Assembly (NCBI RefSeq): GCF_009914755.1
Contig: NC_060925.1
From: the human T2T-CHM13v2.0 reference genome, Homo sapiens
Direction: 5' to 3' (one strand)
DNA: 64,000 nt
Shown here: positions 53,156 to 64,000 of the stretch, one piece after another
Position numbering within the stretch: position 1 is the first letter of the stretch
How the letters are laid out: the number at the start of each line of letters is the position of its first letter
Translations under genes and position numbers: made by a program
The notes under the pieces: generated by a model
What the model saw: only the letters and a program-made list of their open reading frames with translations
Database searches by the model: none
What the model was told of the DNA's origin: nothing

Positions 53156-53971
53156 CCCTTATGGCCCATGTGCCTCTTCCTGTGGCTCCCTTCCTATGTG
53201 CTGCTTCCAGTGCTTAATGAGCAGCTCATTAAATTAGAGGGAGCAATTAATTGGCCAGAAAGCTGTTTGGTCTGGCTGTCCAGTCTCTTGTTTAGACTGG
53301 CCACCATTAATAGCAAGTGCCGTGGTATGTGTTTTACCCTAAACCCCTCAATTCACTGCTAGGTCCAGGCTGCTATTTTCTTTTCTTCTTTCCCTTTTAA
53401 AAGCTGTTGGCTGTAATTACAGCTGTCAAGAACTAGGGCATGGGATTTCTGTGTAAAGGACTATTCTTGACTTTGTCTTTTTATGTAGAACGGTGCCAGG
53501 CTAACATTGGGCAGGCTTTTGGTTGCTGGGTGTTCTGATGGGTTCAGAAGACACAGGCCTTACAGCTTGGCTGGAGCAGTGGGTAGACCTTGGAAAACAG
53601 CAGTTATGATAAGGATCACATGTGTGTGAGATGTCAACCTCCCTGATCCTGTCTAGAGCACTAAAGGGACAGTTAGTTGATGGGCAGTGAAGATCATCTG
53701 TTTCCCAGAGAGAGAAGCATTCAGAGTGAAGGGATCTGTGTGATGTGCCCCATTCATTCTTTGAGCTGGGGCTCTAGCTGGTGTGTGCACTCCTATTCCT
53801 TACCCCAGAGAGGACTCTGAGCTAAATATCTGGACTTTGTTTTTCACTGGTGCTTTCCTCTTCCCTCTCTCTATTTCTCATTTGGTCTCTCACCCTCTTG
53901 ATGGTCTTTCTGAATTTATGTTATCTGTCTTGAGCGTATTTTGCTTTTTTTCCTTTTTAATGTGCTTTCAG

Positions 53972-54570
53972 TATTTTTTATGGTGGTAAATGTGTAACAT
54001 TAAATTTAACTATTTTTAAGTGTGAAGTTCAACAGTGTTAAGTATATTCACACTGTTGTGTCACAGATCTCTAGAACTTTTTCATCTTGCAAAATGGACA
54101 CTCTATACCCATTAAACACAATTCCCCTTCCCCCTCTTGCCAGCCCTTGGGAACTACCTTTCTACTCTCTGTTTCTGTGATTTTGACTACTTCATATGAA
54201 TGAAATCATATAGTATTTGTCCTTTTTTTGACTGGCTTATTTCGCTTAGCATAATGTCATCAAGGTTCATCCATGTTGCAGTATGTGACAGGATTTCCTT
54301 CCTTTTTAAGGCTGCTTAATATTCCATAGTGTATATATACCACATTAAAACAATCCATTCATTTAACTATGAACATTTTGGTTGCTTCTATGTCTTGGCT
54401 GTTGTGAATAGTGCTGCAATGAACATAGGTATGTAAATATCTTTTTGAGATCTTGCTTAGAAATTTTTGGGATATATACCCAGAAATGTGATCGCTGGGT
54501 ATGGTAGTCCCATTTTTAATTTTTTTGAAGAACCTCCATACTGTTTTCCATAATGACTATCATTTTGCAT
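53972..54570 (-). mobile_element. L1MB 3' end
   Basis: gatctctagaactttttcatcttgcaaaa...ctctatacccattaaac...caaggttcatccatgttg. Confidence 0.8.
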
Positions 54571-56764
54571 TACTATCATATCTTCCTTGTTTATTGTTTA
54601 CCAGAGATTAGAAGCTAAGTGTTAGAACCAAGACCAAACTGCAGGCCTCTGATTCCAGATCTGGTACTTTCCCCCTCTCTGTGCCAACTCCTTGGTATTA
54701 GGTTTTTCCATATATTACTCTCTGATCTCTACAATGACCCAGACAAGAAGGAAGCTTAAGGGACACTCCCCAGAACTACAGGATGGTTGTCCTGCTCGCT
54801 CTTTGTTTACCAAGGATCCAAAGGTCTGAGAAGTTGCCAGCTGGAAAAGGAAGGGGAAAGTGAGAGAAGAGGGAATATGGCTCCTTTTTAAATTGAAACA
54901 TGTTTTTATTTTCTTTTAGCTGTATAGCTTAGAACAATTCACAAAGTTTTCAGGGAAGTTCTCCTTGAGCTGGGGATTGGTCTGACACTGGCGCCGCTTG
55001 CTTGAAGGTTGCTGGTTGAAGGTGCAGGGTGGCTGGTAATGCTGAAACCAGGTTGCTGGCATTGCACTGTCAGTCCAACTGTGTGAATAGGTGAGTCCAG
55101 CAGCCAGATGTTTGGTATGATTTGCATTAGTAAATATGAACACCAGTCTGTCGTTTAACTTTTTAGCTTTCCTGGGAAGGCAGCACTATGTAGTGAAAAG
55201 AGCTCTCAATGAGGAATAATGAGAGCCAGACTTGAGTCTTCTCCTTGACTTCATAACCTTGGTGAGGCATGTAACTGCTGTTAATCTCAGTTTCCTCATT
55301 TATAAAAGGCAGAGCATGAAATTTCTTGTTCTGTCTCTCTAGTGCTATTGTTGAATCTGGGATGAAGCATGGAAAAACATTTTATAAACCATAAAGTGCT
55401 ATTTATATTCATTGGTATCATTTTTATGCCTTCCTTTGGGTTTCAAAGCATTTCATAAATGCAGATAAATACCCTGAGAGATACTGAGCTGCCTCATCTA
55501 GCCCCTTTTAATAGCTAGCGCCTTTTTTTCAGGTTCCAGTGCAAACATCCCTTCCTTGGGGAGGCCTTTCCTACCTAGGTCATCTTGTCCTCTCATGTTC
55601 TGTGGCACCACACCCCTCTTTTTTGTAGCACTGAGAGCAACTGTATTCCCAACATTTGGCATGGTGCCCATCTGTGCTCAGTAAACATTTGTTGAGTGAC
55701 TGAGAAAGTTAATCTTACTTAATAACCACCTGAGCATAAACCCATGAAATCTGGGGAGGCTCCACCAAGGGGGTTCTGGGGAAGGAAGACAGCTGCACTC
55801 AAGTCAGACTTGACGGGTTCTATAGCTTTTTTAAGGATACTGGTGTGGAGAGAGCTGGGCTGCAGTGCCCAGCTCCAGCATGTCACTGGGTGGCTCCTGA
55901 CCCCTTCATCTTTGGAACCCACTGTTGCTGTGGGAACTGGGGGCTTTCAGTGCTGTCCGTGAGGCTGGAGACTTGATTTCTTGCTCTTAAACCAGGGGAT
56001 AGATCCCTGCAGTCGAAACGTGGTGCAGCCTCTGGTGGCCAATACAGACCAAACCTGGGAGGGATATGCGCTGTAGCTAGATGACACTCAGGGGTATCTG
56101 GTCTCCTGTGGTGGCTCCTCTGGCTGTAGGCTGGGCAAAAACTTGGCCCCACTGCAAATGGTCTTCTAAATGGTCCAGTGTGGAGTCAGAGTTTCCTATT
56201 TAACAGTGACTTGGTTTCTCAAGTGTGGCACTCTGGAGTGGTGTTGGTCTTGGCCTTGAACAGAATTCACCGGTGACCAGAAAATGGCCAAGCCCTCCTC
56301 TCCCTGTAGCCCTCTTCCAGAATTGCCAACTCTTCCAGAAATTCTCTCAAGAAAAACAAAAACAGAAAAATATAAAATGGCCTTGGATGCTCTCTTGGGA
56401 GAACATAACTGAAATGCTCTTAGGAGAACATCCAGGGACTGGTGGACGGGCGGCTTTATGGAGGCAGCGACTGGAGTTGTGAGTGCCGCCTGTCTGCACT
56501 TGTGTTTCCTTACCCACCAGCAGTACGCTTCGGCACGTGGTCTCATGCATTCAGCCCTGAAATCCATATTTTACCTCCTCTGGGAGGCTTTGTCCAGGAG
56601 TCACTTTATCCCTTTTTATAACTTTCTCCCTAAGTGGCCCCCCTCAGCACCATTTACTCCTTTGTCATTGTTCTCCTTTTCATCCTAAGTTCAGAGTTGG
56701 CAAGCCTACCTCAGAACAGCTGAAGTTGTAACACAAACCTCTGTTTCACTGTGTTAGTATGGCT

Positions 56765-57278
56765 CTATTAATTTCCTATGCTGCTGTAACAAATTATTTA
56801 ATAATACAAACTTAGCGGCTTAACACAAACTTACAGTTCTGGAGGTCAGAGTCCAAAATGGGGCTAAAATCAAGGAGTTGGCAGGGCTGCGTTCCTTCTG
56901 GAGGTTCTAGAGGAGAATCTGTTCCTTGGCTTTTCCAGCTTCCAGAGGCTCCCTAGATTCCTTGGCTCATGGCCCCTTTCCATCCTTAGTGCTGGCAATT
57001 TCGTCCCTGAATTATGGCCCCTGCTTTCTGTCTTCACATCTCTTTCTCTGACTCTGACTCTCCTGCACCTCCATCGCCTTTGGTTATAAGGTCCCTCGTT
57101 ATTAGATTGGTCCCTCCTCATTCTTCCTTCCCCAGTAATCCAGGATAATCTCCCCTTCTCAAGGTCCTTAATTTGGTCACACCTGCAAAGTGCCCTTTGT
57201 CATGTGAGGTAACACATTCATAGGTTTTGGGGATTAGGTCATGGACCTCTTTGGGGGGCTTTGAGTCTGTCTACCATA
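56765..57278 (-). mobile_element. MLT1C/D MaLR LTR
   Basis: gctgctgtaacaaatta...acagttctggaggtcaga...gtgaggtaacacattcatagg...gtctaccata. Confidence 0.82.
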
Positions 57279-57569
57279 ATGGGATTAGAGTGTTAGGCTC
57301 ATAGCAGGGATTGGAGAGATTCCACCCCCTACTGAGGTACTCCAATATTGGGATCAGGAAGAACTAAATTCAAATCCTGTTTCTTCTGTTTACTAGCTAA
57401 ATGACTGAACACATTTCTTAATCTATCAGTTGTTCTTTAATCATCAGGAAAATTGGGATAATGTCCTCTTGGCACATGTATTTTACAGTTATACATGAAT
57501 GCATGCAGCATACTGAGTGAAGTGCCTAGCATGTGGATTATGAACCATAAATAATAGTTCTTTGCCTCC

Positions 57570-57765
57570 TTTTTTTTTTCCCTGAGATGGGCTCTTGCTC
57601 TGTCACCCATGTTGGAGTGTGGCGGCATGATCATGGATCAGTACAGCCTCAACCTCCCAGGTTCAGGTGGCCCTCCTAGTAGCTGGGACTACAGGCATGT
57701 GCCACCACACCTGGCTAATTTTTTAAATTATTTGTAGAGATGGGGTCTCCCTATGTTGCCCAGGC
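57570..57765 (-). mobile_element. 5'-truncated AluJ inside a MIR
   Basis: Poly-T, gagatgggctcttgctctgtcaccc...gttgcccaggct. Confidence 0.82.
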
Positions 57766-58754
57766 TAGTTATTCCTTTCTAATTACTGTGCACTGGAGCA
57801 GGGCATTGGGGTCAGAAAACCATATATGTTGGCTGCCAAGCACGCATAAGCACCTGCTAAATGTTAGCTATTATTATTAAATACATGAATTCAGTTGCCT
57901 CTAGGGCAATTATTATTTTTAACCAGTCAGTACATCAGTGTTTCTCAGAATGGATTCTGTGGCTCTCTTGGAATTTAGGAATGTATGTTCAAGTGTCTGA
58001 GAGTTCTCCATAAGAATTTTAAGATTTTGTTTTTCATTTGATCCTAATGACAACAAGATAAAATAAGCCTGTTCTGGACTGTTGGAAGGGCCGTTGTCTG
58101 CCTGAGCACTGTCATTTGAGTTTATCATTCACAGCTGTGTTTGTCTACTTGTTTCTACGTGTGTTGCCATCAAATAGTTCTTCTGTAAGGGTTATGCCCT
58201 GAAGAAAAATAACAGAAAATTTTATATATAATGAATTCTAATAAGATGAAGGACACATGACTGCACTTTGCACAGTCATGAGTTATGAATCAAGATTTTT
58301 GCGGTCGTTGGAATAGAGAGACGAAAGTAGCAGAAAAATGGAGTTAGTGCATGGTGCACGGTACTGAAGGCGGGGCTGATATGTAGCCATAGTTCCTGAG
58401 GCAGCCTCTGGAGTTGCTGATGGCTAGTGTTTGTCCTGATAACTCTCAATGTCTTTTCTGATTTGTTGGGACTGTACCATCCTGGCTGTCAAATTTCTGA
58501 GTATCACCCTGTGTATTCCTCTGCCAAACCCAAGAGAACTTGGGGCAGGTAGTCACTGTATATTCCTGTTGTGAGCAGTGATATCATTTCAGTTACAAGG
58601 ACAAAGTATTCTCTGACTTTAACATTCTTAATTTGTTTTGGTTACATAATTTGTGTTTAATTTATAAATTTGTGTAAACCCTGTAAGTAATTTCTATCTA
58701 GTTTTATGCTTTACATATTTAAATGATGTAACAGACATCATTTGGAACGCTTCT

Positions 58755-59175
58755 TTGGGTAACAGCTTTTTGAGGTATAATTTGCATACCATATAACTCG
58801 CCCATTTAAATATACAATTCAGTGAGTTTTAGTATATTCTTAATGTTGTATAATCATCACCACCATCAATTTTCAAACATTTTTGGGGCGCGAACCCCAA
58901 AAAGAAACTCTATACCTCTAATCCATCATCCCTGATTCCCCAACACCCCTAGCCCCAGACTACTACTAATCTACATTCTGTCTCTATGGATTTGCCTGTT
59001 TTGGACATTTTAAATGGCATCATACAATATGTGGCCTTTGGTATTTGGCTTCTTTCATTTAGCGTAATGTTTTCAAGGTTCATCCATATTGGGACATGTA
59101 TCAGTACTTCATTTCTTTTTGTTGCTGAGTAACATTCCATAGCATGGCTATACCACATATTATTTATTCATTTAA
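58755..59175 (-). mobile_element. L1MB7/8-like 3' end
   Basis: aacagctttttgaggtataatttgcataccatata...ctactaatctacattctgtctctatggatttgcc. Confidence 0.78.
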
Positions 59176-60347
59176 ACACGGGGTGTTTGCCAATTTTTTT
59201 TTCTTTAAAAGGGGCCCAGACTTTATTAAATTTTAGAAAACACTTGATAGGGATTGAGCAGCGTGTGATGGAATGATTAGAACTGTCTTCTCAGTCAAAG
59301 GAAACAAATCAATGCTTTCTTAGGGGGCAAGGTATTCTCATCAATATAAAGAGCAGTGCCCAGACAGCAGGACCTAATTTTTTTCTCCACTCATTTGAAA
59401 AAATAAATTGACTTCCCTTTTTGAGCCAATACTTTTTGAGGCTCTGGGGATACAGCAGTCTACAAAACAAAGTCCCTGTCTGCATGGAGTTTATAGGGGT
59501 GGGTGCTCTTTTGCACAGACTGTTGAGGAAGGCTTCTGGGTTCTGATGACACTTGAGTCTCTAGAGATGTGAATGGAAAGAGGGAGTGAGCCGTGTGGGT
59601 ATCTGGAGGAAATGTTCCAGACAGAGGTCAGCAAGTGCCCCAGGTCACCATTCCTGGGGGGCAGGAATGGGCTTCGCAGGTTCAAGAAATGGCAAGAAGG
59701 CTAGTGTGAATAGAGACTTGGGAGCTTGAGGGAGTGGTAGATTATTTCTAGGATTTTATTCCCAGGAGAATCACACCTCAGGAGGATCTGGTTTGCTAAG
59801 TACCTACTGAATACATAATGAAAAATACATTTATCTTTTCCTGAATCTGCACCAGACTGAAAAGTCACTCAGTAGGAGGAATTTGGTTCTGCTCTGGAAG
59901 TGAAGTGATTTGGGAATGATTTTTAAACTGGGGCAGAACTGCTGAATGCATTATCTGTCAGCAGAGAAGAGTTAGTAAGAGCCAGGAGTTGTTGTCAAAG
60001 CAAAACAGATGCTATCTTTTAAATAAGGTGCTTTGCTTTATTACAGTTATTTATGCTCAAGAGTAAGAAATGATGTTATTGAGTTTCCACGGGAGGATTT
60101 GATATTGCCCAGCTCAGTCCACAGTTTCTTGCACTGACACACCTCATGTTTGGGAGTCCTCTGAAGCCAACAGTGTTTATCCATTGTAACAGGATGATAT
60201 GCAGAATGTCAGTTCCTCGCTACTACACTAACCACCCTTTAGGGACCCTTTGGTTCATGTTCTTGGTGTTGGCAACAGGTTGCATTGAGCATCTACTCTT
60301 TGTTTTGATGACTTCTATGGCACACATATGTATATGCACACACACAA

Positions 60348-60697
60348 CATAATTATCATTTTAATCACTTGTAAGTGTACAACTCAGTGACATTAAATAC
60401 ATTCACAATACTTTGTATCCATCACCACTATGTATACCCCAATGTTTTTCATCCTTCCTAAGATGAACTCTGTACCCATTAAACAATAGCTCTGTTTTCC
60501 CGTAGCCCTTGGTAACCTCTGTTCCATCCTCCATCTCTATGAATTTGCCTAGCCTAGAAACCTCATATAAGTGAAATCTCATGTATTTGTCCTTGTGTGT
60601 CTGGCTTATTTCACTAAGCATAATGTTTCTAAGGTACATCCATGCTGTGGCATGTATCAAAAGTTTATTCCTTTTTATGGCTGAATAGTATTCCCTT
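60348..60697 (-). mobile_element. L1MB 3' end fragment
   Basis: gtgtacaactcagtgacattaaatacattcac...tatggctgaatagtattcc. Confidence 0.78.
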
Positions 60698-61012
60698 CTG
60701 TGACCTTTTGGTACTCAGCACATGACACAGGGTCTGGTGTGTGGCAAGTTTCCTCTTGGAGCCAAAAGCAGCATATTATAGGACAAGGACGGAAAGCCAT
60801 GGCAGCACACACTGATGATCAGATCTGCTGGGAGGGCAAACCTCTTTGATTCCTGCTGAAAGGCCCTGATTTCTCACTTACGAAGCACTTTCTAGTTGTT
60901 TAAGTGAATTTTCATATCCACTGTCACCTAATGTTAGTCTTCAATAATCCCATAAAAAGCAGGCGTTATCCTTATTTTACAGGTAAGGGTCACATAAAGA
61001 AAATGACTCCCT

Positions 61013-61313
<301 letters not shown>

Positions 61314-61344
61314 TCAAACTAATTACATTGTTGTTCTTATCAAC

Positions 61345-61570
61345 ATTAACCAGAATTGAGTACAGACTGCACTATGTGCTGTTACTGTGTCGGGCTCCAT
61401 GCAAAGCACTTAACAAGATTTGTTACTTTATCCTTATAACAACTCTGTGTGGTGTAGGTGTAATAATTATCCCATTGTCCAGATGAGGAAACTGAGGTAC
61501 CAAGAGGTTAAATAACTTGCCATAGCTCGCAGAGGTGGTAAGTGGGGAATCTAGGATTCACTTCTAAGCT
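61345..61570 (+). mobile_element. MIR
   Basis: cagatgaggaaactgaggtaccaagaggttaaataacttgcc. Confidence 0.75.
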
Positions 61571-61829
61571 TGAACGTGGTATGGTTGTGGTATGGAACCA
61601 AGGCAAGACTCCAGTCTGCTTACATCTGACTCAGAGATCCTACAAGAACATGCCGACTGTCCCTGTTTAACCAAATGTCAGTCCAGGCAGCATTGTCTGT
61701 GTCCCTGATTGTGCCTTTCTCTAGTCTGGGAACACTGCCAGGCAGTGTATGTCACTAGATGTAAATAAGGCCATTATTTGATTTTATGAAACTCTTTTTG
61801 GAGGTTGAGACTTGTATATTCTGTGTGAC

Positions 61830-62630
61830 ACTCCCATTTGGATATCCCAAAGACACCTTAAATTCAATATGTCAAAAAACTGAAGTTATCATTTCTGCAG
61901 TCTCTCCTTTTTGCCCTGAAAAAGAACATGCACTTGTTTTTCATATTTCCTTATCTCTTGGAAAGACATCTTGACCACTCAAGAATGTAAGCTGGAAACC
62001 TCAGGGTCACCTTTCTTCTCTGTCACTACCCCTGGCTTAGGTCACCCTTACAGATGTGCCTCTTAAATATTTTTCAATCGTGTCTCTCCCTATTCCTTCC
62101 TACCAGTGCAGCCCCAGACTGTTGTGTTTCATAGACAGCTGCCGCAGTGCCCTCCAGACTGCCACCATGCCTTTGGCTGTGCCCTCCCACCATCCTCCAC
62201 ACTGCTGCCTGGCTCATCTGTATAAGGATGATTCTGTAGGCATTGTCCTGCTTAAAACCATGTGGTGATTCCAGGCTTGAGTCTGAACTCAGAGCAAGGC
62301 ACATGGCATTCTGCCTGGCACCTGAGGCCACAGCAGCATATTATAGGTCCGCTGTGCCTTGTGCCCTGAGTATGTCCTGTTGAGGCCACTTCTATTCCTG
62401 CTCTTCCTTCTACCTGGGAAGCACTCCCTTCCCATTGCGGCTGAAGCCTGTCTCTTCAAACCTCAGCCCAACTTCTGCTTATCTTCCAGAGCCTATTTGA
62501 GCTTTCATCCCTTCTAGAAGCTTTCCCTGATGTTGGCAGAGTAGTTTTCTCTTCTTTTGTGTTACCATTACACTCTAGAGAGACCTTTGTTTCTGCATGC
62601 ATCACAGTGTATTTGTCTTTTTGAAGGCAG
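61830..62630 (-). mobile_element. L2 fragment
   Basis: ggatatcccaaagacaccttaaattcaatatgtc...ggaaacctcagggtcacc. Confidence 0.55.
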
Positions 62631-64000
62631 GGACTCTGACACTCATCTTGACAGCAAAGGGGTGAATTACTCAACTGTCAATTCTTTTGTAAAATGGACA
62701 ATGTCAACCCTGTTAGAAGTAAATGCAATAATGGGTGTCACGTCCTTAGCACCGTGCCTGGCCCATAGTATATACCCAGTGGACACCTGTACCTCCTCTC
62801 CACATCCCTGTTGCATGGTGACTGGGCCCAGAAGGCAGCTAGAATTGGCAACTCAAGCCCTTTTGGTCAGGATCCTTTGCTGGGTGGAAGCTCCTCGCCT
62901 ACTAATGCGGGTGCCCTGTGGCTGAATCTGGTGAATCCATCAGGTCCAGGTTGAAAACTACTGAGCAGAGCCCTGCTGCCTCTGGGTATTCTGTTCACCA
63001 CCCAGCCCTTTTGCATTTAATGAATGTAAAAAATAATGGGGCAGCTGCTGTTCCTTACTCTCTCTTCCTGCTGCACTAAGTCTCTGTCTCCCTGGAGAGG
63101 CATTTAACCGCACGAAGGTTTATGGTGGAAATGACAAATTGCTTCTTCACAACGAGCTCACCCTGCTTTCTAACCAGTTGGAATCACCCTTGTTCATGTA
63201 ATATTAGCAATTTACCTGTCTCCTTAACCACTAACCATCCTGAGAGGATTTGGCATTCTTTGCAGCTGTTAATCCTCTCATCACCTGAGGGCTTATTAAA
63301 TAGGTGGAGTGTACATCTAGCCTTTCTCCTACAGTGAACAGTCATTCATGATCTTTTCCTTTTTACTCAGCCTCTCTCCTCAGCTGCCTGAGCCCAGGAT
63401 AAGGCAGGGTCCTCCCCTCTAGAGGCCACAGCGGAGAGAGCTGGGCTCTGGACCGGGGAGTCCCCGGTTTGACTCCTTGCTTGGTCAGGACTTCCTCAAC
63501 ATAATCGCCTGGCCCTGGTGCCAGGGTGGTTGTGGGGCTGAGGGAGGTGCCTGTGCAGCCCATTTCCCTGTGGAGGTCAGTTGCCCCTTTCCTTTCCCTT
63601 CATCAGGCTCAGGCCATCCTTGGGGCAGCCCTGCTATCTGAGGGGGTCTCTCCCGAGCCGCTAAGACATAGTCCTCATTCATATTGGGTGTTGTTGACAA
63701 TCATCCCATCCTCTGCTGCTTCATTTTGTGACTTGTGGACCCAAGTGGGTCTTTGTTTATCCTGATCCAGGAGAGCTGGGAAGGGAGACAGTTTGAATTG
63801 CTCCGGGCATATGTTACTTGTTAATATTTTAAAATTTGACTTGTTGCAGTTTTTCAGAGGTATTAATCTAAAAGCCATTTCATGGAAAAAAGCAACAAGG
63901 AACTGGTTTTATTTCTTTTAGGTGACACTAATAACCAAACATGAGACACATCAGAATTTAAGTGGCTAGTCAAAAAAAAAAAAAAAAATACCAGTGAAAA

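Overview
This is human (primate) genomic DNA, and almost all of it is intronic. The only coding sequence I can support is a 72-bp exon on the + strand at 50380-50451 (cag|TAC...CGG|gtgagt). It encodes [24 protein letters not shown], the start of the PTB domain of NOS1AP (CAPON), i.e. exon 2 on chr1q23. The ORF track misses it. The window therefore spans the 3' ~50 kb of NOS1AP intron 1, exon 2 and the first ~13.5 kb of intron 2, which contains the MIR4654 hairpin (53080-53155). The rest is a dense mosaic of L1, Alu, MaLR/ERVL LTR, L2, MIR, CR1 and MER elements, mostly antisense to the gene. The listed ORFs are repeat-derived or chance. I found no evidence of a novel multi-gene system. The most notable oddities are: two tailless Alus with clean target-site duplications; an Alu sitting on a ~0.5 kb L1 deletion; a perfect 48-bp-arm AT-rich palindrome just downstream of exon 2; a cluster of palindromic homeodomain motifs beside MIR4654; a templated-insertion scar; and a few cryptic/poison-exon candidates. 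Repeat subfamily calls and boundaries were made by eye and are approximate.
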